A DNA stretch of 64,000 bases from the NCBI GenBank assembly GCA_000146465.1, contig CP001947.1. One strand, written 5' to 3'. Below the pieces are notes generated by a model. It saw only the letters and a program-made list of their open reading frames with translations, ran no database searches and was not told the DNA's origin. The translations under genes and the position numbers were made by a program. Positions 19,025-27,962 of this stretch are shown here, in pieces. The number at the start of each line of letters is the position of its first letter. The stretch's first letter is position 1.

Positions 19025-19768
19025 ATGAAGGACAGCACTGATTTTACTGAGACGGAAGCATATTCAAAGATATACAACTTCATTCTGATGGTCGACGACT
19101 CAATCAAAAACTCGGAACAGAGACGAAGCGAGCATCATATGTCCATTCTTGCAAACATCTTCGAGATTGTAGACAGCACAGAGAAGGATCCGTCTCCACA
19201 GAGGTATGCAAACATGGCTGCCAAAACCGTATTCCAAAGAATATGCGGTGCATATGACGACGAACATCTCAAAAACTCATTTGGAAACCAGATAAGATTG
19301 GACTATGGCACCGGCCATGAGCTGAACTTCCTGTGCTACCTCTACACTCACCATTGTAGAGGAGACATCAGCCTCGACTGTGTATTTACCACCCTTGTAA
19401 GATACTTCGAGGTTGTCAGGCTCTTTGTATCAAAATTCAATCTGGAGCCGGCCGGAAGTCATGGAATATGGGGTCTGGACGACTATCAATTTCTGCCCTT
19501 CCTCTTTGGGTCTTCTGAGCTCTGCAACACAAGGCTCAGATTCGACGAGCTCAACGACTCCATGTGCTACTTTGTTGCAGTCAAGAAGAAGTTGGGAGGC
19601 ACCTCTCAAATCCTCAACAGCATCATGGATAAGGACTGGCCAAAAGTCAACAGGGGAATGATTAGGATGTACGATGACCATGTGCTCAGAAGAAGCGTTG
19701 TGACACAGCACTTCATCTATGGAGAATACCTCAAGAAGGACAGAAGTCTAGCCACTAAAGAACTCTGA
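19025..19768 (+). CDS. phosphotyrosyl phosphatase activator (PTPA / PP2A activator Rrd-like)
   Basis: PTPA signatures LDYGTGHELNFLCYL and GSHGIWGLDDYQFLPFLFGSSEL; ATG preceded by CCCC. Confidence 0.85.
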   Translation: MKDSTDFTETEAYSKIYNFILMVDDSIKNSEQRRSEHHMSILANIFEIVDSTEKDPSPQRYANMAAKTVFQRICGAYDDEHLKNSFGNQIRLDYGTGHELNFLCYLYTHHCRGDISLDCVFTTLVRYFEVVRLFVSKFNLEPAGSHGIWGLDDYQFLPFLFGSSELCNTRLRFDELNDSMCYFVAVKKKLGGTSQILNSIMDKDWPKVNRGMIRMYDDHVLRRSVVTQHFIYGEYLKKDRSLATKEL

Positions 19769-19805
19769 AACTCACATAGTAACCAAACCACTTTAATTAA
19801 AGTCA

Positions 19806-20786
19806 TCAGAAGTCGACATCTATCCTGAACGAATCATTTCCATTATCTATCCCCACAAATGCCTTCTGGTACTGTGACTCTCTCTTGTCGAAGAAGTTTG
19901 TCTTTCCAACCAAAGAGATGTTCTCCATAAAATCAAACGGGTTGGGAGTATGGTATATCTTCTCCTCCTCAAGATTCTCTAGGAGAGTATCGGCTACAAA
20001 CTCTATATATTTGCACATCAACTGGCAGTTCATCCCTATAAGATCCACTGGAAGACTTTCACTCAGAAACCTCTTTTCAACTTCGACTGCATCCATCACC
20101 ACCTCCTTTACTCGCTTGCACTTCTGTTTCAGGTAACGTCTATGCAAAAGGCATGCAAACTCACAGTGCAGACCCTCGTCCCTGCTTATCAGCTCGTTCG
20201 AAAACGTTAGTCCAGGCATCAGCCCTCTCTTCTTCAGCCAGAATATAGATGCAAATGACCCAGAAAAGAATATACCCTCCACACAGGCAAACGCCACAAG
20301 CCTTGTTGCAAAGTCAGAATTCTTATCCTCAATCCATTTTATTGCCCAATCGGCCTTGTCTTTCACAGAGGGGATAGTTTTGACTGCATTAAAAAGGAAC
20401 TTCTTCTGTTCTCCGTCCCTTACATACGTGTCAATCAGCAGGCTGTACATCTCACTGTGGATGTTCTCAATTGCAATCTGGAACCCATAGAATAGCTTTG
20501 CTTCAAGCATCTTGACCTCGCTGGAGAACCGCTCCACCAGATTCAGATTGACAATTCCATCAGACGCCGCAAAGAATGCAAGAACATTGGAGATAAAGTG
20601 CTTCTCCTTTGGATTTAACTTCTTCCAATCTTCAATGTCTTTGTCGAGGAGAACCTCTTCCACAGTCCAGAACGAGCTTTCAGCCTTCTTGTACATCCTC
20701 CATACATCTTCGTGTTGTATGGGAAAGAGTACAAACCTCTCTTCTTTAGGATCCAATAGTGGCTCAATTTTTTCTTCGCAACTCAT
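19806..20786 (-). CDS. RNR2: ribonucleotide reductase small subunit (R2)
   Basis: Full-length R2 with the di-iron/tyrosyl-radical region ([41 protein letters not shown]). Confidence 0.92.
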   Translation of the reverse strand: MSCEEKIEPLLDPKEERFVLFPIQHEDVWRMYKKAESSFWTVEEVLLDKDIEDWKKLNPKEKHFISNVLAFFAASDGIVNLNLVERFSSEVKMLEAKLFYGFQIAIENIHSEMYSLLIDTYVRDGEQKKFLFNAVKTIPSVKDKADWAIKWIEDKNSDFATRLVAFACVEGIFFSGSFASIFWLKKRGLMPGLTFSNELISRDEGLHCEFACLLHRRYLKQKCKRVKEVVMDAVEVEKRFLSESLPVDLIGMNCQLMCKYIEFVADTLLENLEEEKIYHTPNPFDFMENISLVGKTNFFDKRESQYQKAFVGIDNGNDSFRIDVDF

Positions 20787-21064
20787 AAGCTATTTGACAG
20801 AATCTGCTTATATACTTTTTTTTGGAGGGAATATCTCCCTCAAAATAATAATCATCTAAATTCAATTTTACAATCCTTGCTCGATCTAATTTCGTCGATC
20901 CCCTCTTGGCATTTGGCTTCACCCACCTAAGCCATGGCGGGAGAGCGGCCCCAGAACCTAAGCTAGGAATGACTATTTATTGTAAATAATGTTCCCTATA
21001 AAAGGAACACTGGTATTATTTATATTTACTGCACCCTATATATTATAACTATTATTGAATGTTT

Positions 21065-21717
21065 TTACTCAAGATCAATAAATTCCTTTCTCATGAATGG
21101 TAATATACGTTTTCTCGCATTTGCAAACCAATTATCTATTTGAGACAATTTTAGTCCTGTTTCTTTAGAAAGTATTTTTTTTCTATTTTAGTTGGATAAG
21201 GATTAGAAAGATGCTCCTTTAGCCATCTTCTTAGCATTTTGGACACTTCTCTTGGAAAATTAGCTCTCCTAGAATGAGGACTACTTCCGAGCCAACCATT
21301 AGTTGATGAATTATTTCTTATATAACTCTCATACCTGTATAAATCCCTCTCGTTCATTACATTCATCATATCTATGATGTTGTCCATTTTTCTTTGGAGT
21401 TTGGTGCATTCTGAATCAAATATAGAAACAAGATTTTTTTCAAATAGTAATGCATACTTAAATTTCTCAGCAATTAGAAACAAAGCTAGCTTGTGTGATA
21501 AGTTATTCGGAAAAAAATGTGTATTGGAGCATGTTTCGTAATTTTTCCGAATTTTTAATAGGACTTCCTTCAAATGATGTTCATTTATCATTCCTTGAAA
21601 ATATTGTTCTTTTGCGATTAATATTTGGCCAATATGCTCCACCATATCTAGAAAACTATCGGCATTTAAAACAAAAATTGATAAACTCGTAATTAACGTT
21701 ATAAAAATAATATCCAT
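21065..21717 (-). pseudogene. TALE-class homeodomain gene interrupted by a 1-nt frameshift in an A8 run (pseudogene or homopolymer error)
   Basis: ORF 21151..21717 ends ...FPREVSKMLRRWLKEHLSNPYPTKIEKKYFLKKQD*, i.e. helix 1 plus the PYP TALE loop. The -1 frame continues ...ILSKETGLKLSQIDNWFANARKRILPFMRKEFIDLE*, i.e. helix 2 plus the helix 3 WFxNxR motif, to a stop at about 21065. The two frames meet at the T8 run on the + strand at 21175-21182. Confidence 0.65.
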
Positions 21718-21797
21718 ATCACTTCAGAAGACTATTATAACTTGTCAAACTCATCAAGACAAGATAAAGTATAAAATAAAAAGATATTTTACAAAAT

Positions 21798-23276
21798 ATG
21801 AATTTAGGATGGCTACTGAAGATTCCAATGCGAAAACATTCAAACAGGAAAATAATTGTATATGAAAATAGCATGGCTTCGTTTTACTCTAGGACGTTTG
21901 AAATAATTGAAGAGCATATTTCTACCATATCCAATAATGAACATCATAGAGATGGATTAGTAGAGTATATAGAAATGTTATCATATTTTCAAATCTCTAA
22001 TGAAGATCATGAGAAAAAAGAAGAAATTAATAGACAAAGGCAAAGCTTACTTAAGAAATTTAGATCCCTAACCTTAATTAGTATTTCAAAAGTAGAAAAA
22101 GACAATAGGAAAATATTGAAATCTTATCATGGAGTATTACATCTTTTAGATTTGATTGGTTTTGGTGTAAATCCTTATGAAATGGTTTTAAAAAAATGGT
22201 TAAACACCAATTGTATGATAATTAGTGATGTAGAAAGACATGCCATAAGAGGAAATTTCGAAAAAGTGATCGAAGCATATCCCTATTTAAACGAGGCTAT
22301 TAATAATTATTTAAACTTAAGGAAGACGTCAGGAAATGAATACAGGAAATTATTTGCGTCTTGGAAGATCAAATATTTTAAAATTATTCCCAATAATTTA
22401 AAGGAAATTCTTTTTCATAATATTAACGGGGATGGTATTGACTGGATTGATCATATTTGCTATAAATCGTTTTGTATGAACACACAAAGGAATGGGATCG
22501 ATCTTATAAATAGGGAAGATGAAATCGGAATGATATTAACACATAATTATGATGCACTAATAGAACGTTCTAAAGGATGGATTAGACTAGTATTATTGTT
22601 CGTTTGCCCTCATACAAAATTTGATTTATTTCCAAGAGCATTTGAATCTATCGGGAAATTCCTATATTTATCAGATTATCGCTTATCTTTGAGATTTTTT
22701 TCGTACACAGAGAAACTAATCTTATACTTTAATCACTTTTCCTGTAAGTTTTCTAAAAGTCTTTCGGATTTAGAATTCTTGGTTGAGTATTCCAAAAAAA
22801 ATAATATTAATGGAAATTCTTTGTTAAAAGAGTACTGCCAAAATCTTCTTTCTAATCAAGAGTATTATAATCTTTTTTATGTTATATCTAAATATGAGCT
22901 CTGCGATATAAACATAAATTCCGAGTTTATAGAATTCTGTATTAGAAATACAACAATACTAACTGAAAACTTCACTAAAACATCGTATGGAATTTTTATT
23001 GGAAACTTTAGGAGATTTCTTAGTGGAATAAAAGTTGGTGAAGGTGAAATTATAGCATTGATAAATTCAGATTATTTTTCAGCTCTAGATAGTAGAACAT
23101 TTGAAATAATACTAGAGAACAGATGCATTACTGTGAACATGCTTTATAAGCTTTTAGAAGGAATGTTAAATGTGGAAAGAAAAGGGAAGTCTAATCCCAT
23201 ATTGAAAAGCAAAAAAGCTTTAGTTCTCAATAAGTTAGCGGAATCTACAGGTCTCGGGAAGGACATATCAATTTAA
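21798..23276 (+). CDS. hypothetical AT-rich lineage-specific protein (492 aa)
   Basis: ATG start; Asn/Ile/Lys/Phe-rich composition; no homeodomain or other recognisable domain; transcribed divergently from the HD gene with an 80 bp intergenic gap. Confidence 0.45.
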   Translation: MNLGWLLKIPMRKHSNRKIIVYENSMASFYSRTFEIIEEHISTISNNEHHRDGLVEYIEMLSYFQISNEDHEKKEEINRQRQSLLKKFRSLTLISISKVEKDNRKILKSYHGVLHLLDLIGFGVNPYEMVLKKWLNTNCMIISDVERHAIRGNFEKVIEAYPYLNEAINNYLNLRKTSGNEYRKLFASWKIKYFKIIPNNLKEILFHNINGDGIDWIDHICYKSFCMNTQRNGIDLINREDEIGMILTHNYDALIERSKGWIRLVLLFVCPHTKFDLFPRAFESIGKFLYLSDYRLSLRFFSYTEKLILYFNHFSCKFSKSLSDLEFLVEYSKKNNINGNSLLKEYCQNLLSNQEYYNLFYVISKYELCDININSEFIEFCIRNTTILTENFTKTSYGIFIGNFRRFLSGIKVGEGEIIALINSDYFSALDSRTFEIILENRCITVNMLYKLLEGMLNVERKGKSNPILKSKKALVLNKLAESTGLGKDISI

Positions 23277-23614
23277 ACTATTAAACTGGTAGTATCAATT
23301 TAAATTACAAATACTTTGGAAATATCTCCTTCTGTTTATTAACTTTTCAAGGGATTGCCGTTTTTTAAAACAAACATATAAGAGTGATGATACATAACTT
23401 CTTTTTGTATTCTTAAGTAAATTCATGTAAAATTTTAGAATAAAATGTCCGAAGATATTTGAGTTCCTATAGCAATAGCAGAAACACACCCTATCTCAAT
23501 TCATTATACTTCCTGGGAATCCATACTTTAAAGATTTAAAGTAAAACTAAAAAGGAAGGGGGTGTTTATTTCAATAGATTAAAATCGAAATATTGTATTT
23601 TTAAACTAAGAGAT

Positions 23615-26461
23615 TTAATGAGCAAACACTCTGGAGACATATACCGGCCCGAGTATCTCATCAATAGAGAGGTCTTCTTTTGCTATCTCGTTGACAGCCT
23701 CAACAACTTTCTCTTCATAGCTCAGGTCGATTATACCCCTTAGATACTTGTTCCATATGTCGGTGCTGTAGATTTCAAAGTTTTTCTTCCTTTCCCTGAA
23801 GAACGAGATGACTCCGTTTCGGAACTCTTCAAACTGATCTTCGCTCATCTCTCTGAAGTATTCGTCCAGGTCTTTTACAAACTTCCTTATCCTCTTTTCA
23901 AGGAAGTCTACATCCTTCTCGCTTTGCACTATGAATTTGATGTACTGCTCGTCATCTAGATTCAGAACCCCAGACCCAACTACATACCCAAGCTCTTCCT
24001 TTGTCCGCAGATCATCGAAGAACATCGCTTTGCATGACTGTTGTACAAAGTGGGCTATGGCTGCATCCTTGTGGTTCCTGCATTTTCCGCAATAGTAGTT
24101 CAAGGAACATGCATTGTTCACCTTGTCGCTTGTTTTCACATCACATCTGTATTTTCCATCAAGAAGATCTTTCTTTACATAATCGTATACTTCCTCCTGT
24201 TTCGAAAGAATATTTTCAAATATCTTCTCGGCATCTTGATACTCGATGTTCCCAATCACAAACATTTCCAAGAAGAACTTTCGGCTCATCTTGAATTCCG
24301 TGTCTACAGAGCTCAGCTTCTCCATCAGCTCCTCTGCCATCAAATGTCCGGGAATCCTCATGCACTTCAGCCCTTCATTGCATCGCTTGTGAGGGCTTTC
24401 GTTTCTCTTTGTCTCAAACTCATTCCAAATCCGCTCCTTCACAAGGTTCCGCCGTGACTGGTTGGGCTCTTCAAACAGAATGTCGAAAAACTGCCGGGAG
24501 ATCTCAACACTCATGTGGTTAAAGCATTCTATCCGAATCTCCACCCCATAGTGCTCGACACGAACATCGATGTTCATTCCTGTTCCGTGAAGATATCCAT
24601 CGTGCCTTCTAAAGAATTGGCTCTTGGCATTTCTGAGCAGAAATATCAAGTTAATCATGTTCTCATTGATTTGGTCCATTCGAAGAAGACATCCTATAAA
24701 GACCTTTGGAACCTTGTAGGTATCGTTAAACAGGTAGTTGATTTTTCCTCCAGAAACCTCCTTTGAAATAATTTCTGAAGGGGCCTCGATTTTTATCATC
24801 TCTCCTTCCTTCCACTCAACTGCCTTCTCCAGTGAGTCTTCAGAGACCACTTTGTCTTTTTCATTGTACTTCGGAGAATACACCTCTTCTGTTTTAAACT
24901 CCCCCTTTAAATCCTTTTGCCCTTGAAGTTCGAGCCATTTGGAGAAATCCGTCATCTTCTGGACAATCTTCTTGACTTCTTCTTTCTTTCCTTTAGAGGA
25001 CTTCTGGGGAAGGACATTTGGGAACACCTTTTCTTCTTTCTTTGGTAAGTCCAACTCAAATATCTGGTCTCCCACATTGTATCTCACCCCATATATCTCC
25101 TCGCGCATGTCAAACATCCCTGTTCCCTTTGCAACATGGAACACAAGCCACTTTGGGAAGTTCATCATCTTTTCCACAATCCCCTTGATCTCGTTCTTGT
25201 CAAATTTCTCAAAACAGTGTTCGTTATCAAGAACATTCTCAACCGGGAAAAACTGCATGTTTCTAGAGATCTTCTGTGCCTGGTACATAGGCTCGTCACT
25301 CTCCTCGTACTTGAACACATATCTCGATCTCTTTTGGATCTCTTCATACTCATCAGAAGAGATGGGGATGTCTTTGAGATACCTTACAAGTTCTAAAAGA
25401 ACTCTTTCAGGTCTTTTGTTTCCCTCGGAAGACAGATGCATTGTTATTATTATCAGAGAATAGTCTGTGTAGTGGCACATCTCATACTCAACCTGCAGAA
25501 CGAGCCCTTTGTCCTTAACCCTACATGCAAACCCCTTTGTATCGTCCCGAAGAAACATATTCATTACATACTCGTAAGGATTGTTCTTGAAAATCTTGTA
25601 CCCCGACTCAACAGTCATTGTAACAACAATCGATCTTGTATCTGCAATAGGCTCCACCCTGATCCATCGGTTGGTGTATTCAGAGTCAAACACAGTCCAT
25701 TCCTTGTCTGCTTCAAGTTCTATGTTTCCACTGCTCTTCTTCTCCTCGGTCCCCTTTGGAACCCCCTCAAACATCTTCAACATCTCCTTTAGCTCCTCCA
25801 GACCTTTGTTTCCACAAATCACTGTACACATTTTATCGCAGGAATACTTCTGTTTCCAGAACTCTGCCATCTCTTCCCATATCCCTTCTTTTCGAAGTGT
25901 GTCGTAGTTTCCTGTGCTGAACATAGATATCGGCAGTTCCTTCTTGCAGCATCTTGAAATCATCCTCCAGATCCTCCAGTCATCAACATTCAGTCCGTTA
26001 CAGAACTCGGAGTTCACAGCCGACACCTCTCTCTCCACCGAGTTTTTCTTCAGCAGTGGTGTCTTGAAGAAGTCTGCAAGTCGGTCCACCCCTTCTTCAA
26101 AAGCCTCAGGAGCAATATCGAAGTAATACACAGTAACCTCTCCATAGGTGGAGGCATTGTATTCCCCGTTGTTCTTTGAAAGGAATTTGCCAAAATCCTC
26201 TTCATCAGGGTATTTCTCAGTCCCCATAAACAGCATATGCTCAAGGAAATGTGCAAGACCTTGAGTAGATACCGGGTTATCAAACGATCCAACCTTGACA
26301 GAGACTGCACAGCTGCACTTGTCCAGTGAAGGATCCGACATAATCAGCCCTCGCATCCCGTTGGGCATCTCGACATACTCATATTCCATCGAGTCGGTGA
26401 GACTCTTGTGAATCTTTTTGGCAACTTTAAGACAATTCATTAAAGCGGAAAGCCTAACCAT
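23615..26461 (-). CDS. M16A zinc metallopeptidase (insulin-degrading enzyme / insulysin-like)
   Basis: Inverted zinc-binding motif HFLEHMLFMGT (HxxEH) and the downstream E; about 950 aa of M16 architecture; start set at MVRLSALMNCLK (CCC upstream) because the ORF-track start at 26599 would overlap the divergent neighbour. Confidence 0.85.
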   Translation of the reverse strand: MVRLSALMNCLKVAKKIHKSLTDSMEYEYVEMPNGMRGLIMSDPSLDKCSCAVSVKVGSFDNPVSTQGLAHFLEHMLFMGTEKYPDEEDFGKFLSKNNGEYNASTYGEVTVYYFDIAPEAFEEGVDRLADFFKTPLLKKNSVEREVSAVNSEFCNGLNVDDWRIWRMISRCCKKELPISMFSTGNYDTLRKEGIWEEMAEFWKQKYSCDKMCTVICGNKGLEELKEMLKMFEGVPKGTEEKKSSGNIELEADKEWTVFDSEYTNRWIRVEPIADTRSIVVTMTVESGYKIFKNNPYEYVMNMFLRDDTKGFACRVKDKGLVLQVEYEMCHYTDYSLIIITMHLSSEGNKRPERVLLELVRYLKDIPISSDEYEEIQKRSRYVFKYEESDEPMYQAQKISRNMQFFPVENVLDNEHCFEKFDKNEIKGIVEKMMNFPKWLVFHVAKGTGMFDMREEIYGVRYNVGDQIFELDLPKKEEKVFPNVLPQKSSKGKKEEVKKIVQKMTDFSKWLELQGQKDLKGEFKTEEVYSPKYNEKDKVVSEDSLEKAVEWKEGEMIKIEAPSEIISKEVSGGKINYLFNDTYKVPKVFIGCLLRMDQINENMINLIFLLRNAKSQFFRRHDGYLHGTGMNIDVRVEHYGVEIRIECFNHMSVEISRQFFDILFEEPNQSRRNLVKERIWNEFETKRNESPHKRCNEGLKCMRIPGHLMAEELMEKLSSVDTEFKMSRKFFLEMFVIGNIEYQDAEKIFENILSKQEEVYDYVKKDLLDGKYRCDVKTSDKVNNACSLNYYCGKCRNHKDAAIAHFVQQSCKAMFFDDLRTKEELGYVVGSGVLNLDDEQYIKFIVQSEKDVDFLEKRIRKFVKDLDEYFREMSEDQFEEFRNGVISFFRERKKNFEIYSTDIWNKYLRGIIDLSYEEKVVEAVNEIAKEDLSIDEILGPVYVSRVFAH

Positions 26462-26550
26462 AAGGGCTTCCAAGGTTCTGTTTATAGGAAAATTTTGTCT
26501 GGCACTACTGGAAAATACGAGAAACCGCCCCGGAATGACCCTGAAATAAC

Positions 26551-27873
26551 ATGGAGACTGCAAGGAAGATAAGGAGACACAAAATACTTGCATATGCACT
26601 GACTGCGGTGGAGGCCATGGGGCTGTCTGTGGTGGTTAAACAGGCCGTCAGGAATCCGCTTAGAGTTCTTTTGAATCCACCGAAGGGCCTTGTGCGAGGT
26701 CTGTGTTCCATCCCTACTATTATGCTATGGATTGCCATATACATATACCTTTCGGGGAAAGTTGCACAAGAAGCAGGAAGGCCTCGGACGGTCATCTTCT
26801 TCTATCATCTTACCTCACAGATAATGTTTTTGGGGTACCTTTCCAAGCCGGGTTCAGATGTTGGAATGAATAGTAGATGGGTCACGCTTATACCAACAAA
26901 CGGATGTTCTGTATACAGCGTGGCTCTTTCCATATCCTCGGCAACACTCCAAACATATATTGAGGAGATTCTATGGATGAAGCCAAGATACACACGAGTT
27001 AGAGGATTGTTCAACTACATGGGAAGAAGTATAGGAGTGATGGTGCGAGACATGTTTTATCTTTGTATTGGCAGCGAGTTCATGGCAATAGGTGCTCTTA
27101 CGATGTGCTTGGTAGTCTCGAAGACTCTGTTTCCATGGTCACGCCTTGGACCTTTCTGGTTATTCCAGGGAACAGCTTGGAGGATGTCTGGGGGGTTTTT
27201 GGCTGCCAACATCTCTACTGCTGCTTATTTTCTTCTGATGAGTGCCATTGATAGGCTTCTAACTTACAACATGTCACTGATGAATCTTGGCTTGGGCGAC
27301 TACTGCTGTAACGAGGAGGAGAGCATCAACACCTCAAGACTGAGGTTTTTCCAGATATCCGAGCTTTCAATGAAATATCCCGAGGTTTTCAAAAAGGTGG
27401 CAAGATCAAACAAAGCTGTTTCGTCCCTTGGGCTGTATGTCCGTAGAGAAGAAAGAGAGATTTTAAAGATCATGGAAACGATGAGGAGAGAGAGGGAAAC
27501 ACTTGAGTCCCGAATGTGGTTTTCTGTTCCCCAGATCACCCAACCTCTAGACAAACCAAAGGCGTTGGTTGTTCAAAGAAAAGTTCAGTTTGTAAAGAGA
27601 ATAAGATCGTATAATTTCATTGAGATTCTTGCATCCAGGATCGTATACTTCTTTAAGATACGTATTTTGATTAATAGATACAAGGGCACCAGAAGACCGT
27701 TCCTTCTGGTAAAGAGCTTTATGAAGTTTCTAGAGAAATATAGAAGGGACTACCTACTTCTCAAGGATCTTGACGAGACGTTTGAGGCCTCGATGAAGAA
27801 TCTGCACAACGAAATCTCCAACACCGAGGAGGTGATTGGGATTGGTCTGGAGTCGGAGCTGTTCTGTAAGTAA
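26551..27873 (+). CDS. hypothetical membrane protein
   Basis: ATG with CCC 13 nt upstream; several hydrophobic segments; basic C-terminal half. Confidence 0.45.
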   Translation: METARKIRRHKILAYALTAVEAMGLSVVVKQAVRNPLRVLLNPPKGLVRGLCSIPTIMLWIAIYIYLSGKVAQEAGRPRTVIFFYHLTSQIMFLGYLSKPGSDVGMNSRWVTLIPTNGCSVYSVALSISSATLQTYIEEILWMKPRYTRVRGLFNYMGRSIGVMVRDMFYLCIGSEFMAIGALTMCLVVSKTLFPWSRLGPFWLFQGTAWRMSGGFLAANISTAAYFLLMSAIDRLLTYNMSLMNLGLGDYCCNEEESINTSRLRFFQISELSMKYPEVFKKVARSNKAVSSLGLYVRREEREILKIMETMRRERETLESRMWFSVPQITQPLDKPKALVVQRKVQFVKRIRSYNFIEILASRIVYFFKIRILINRYKGTRRPFLLVKSFMKFLEKYRRDYLLLKDLDETFEASMKNLHNEISNTEEVIGIGLESELFCK

Positions 27874-27962
27874 CCTCGGGGCTGTTAATAAAGTTTTGGA
27901 TCTTCTAGACTACTGTAAAGGTTTCATAGGAATGATAATTGAGACACAAGGATAAACAAACA

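Larger units (their letters stand above)
20800..23610. other. AT-rich compositional island (about 26% GC versus about 45% in the flanks)
   Basis: Direct base counts: about 25% GC at 22001-22060 versus about 47% at 24001-24060; the boundaries coincide with the RNR2 5' end and the insulinase 3' end. Confidence 0.8.

Noticed and set aside
21146-21154. caattttag on the + strand resembling the 3' intron motif
   Set aside because: No + strand gene or upstream GTAAGT here; it is the reverse complement of coding sequence in the HD gene, and this DNA is AT-rich, so a chance match.
21150-21200. An intron as the explanation for the homeodomain frame break
   Set aside because: The coding (minus) strand has no GTAAGT or GTA.GT donor between the two frames, and the frames can be joined only by a 1-nt indel; homopolymer frameshift is the parsimonious reading.
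23428-23439. gtaaaattttag, a mini intron-like string
   Set aside because: 12 nt is too short for even microsporidian introns, and it lies in AT-rich intergenic DNA with no flanking exon signal.
24001-25792. Multiple + strand ORFs of 80-175 aa
   Set aside because: Embedded antisense within the insulinase-like M16 peptidase gene.
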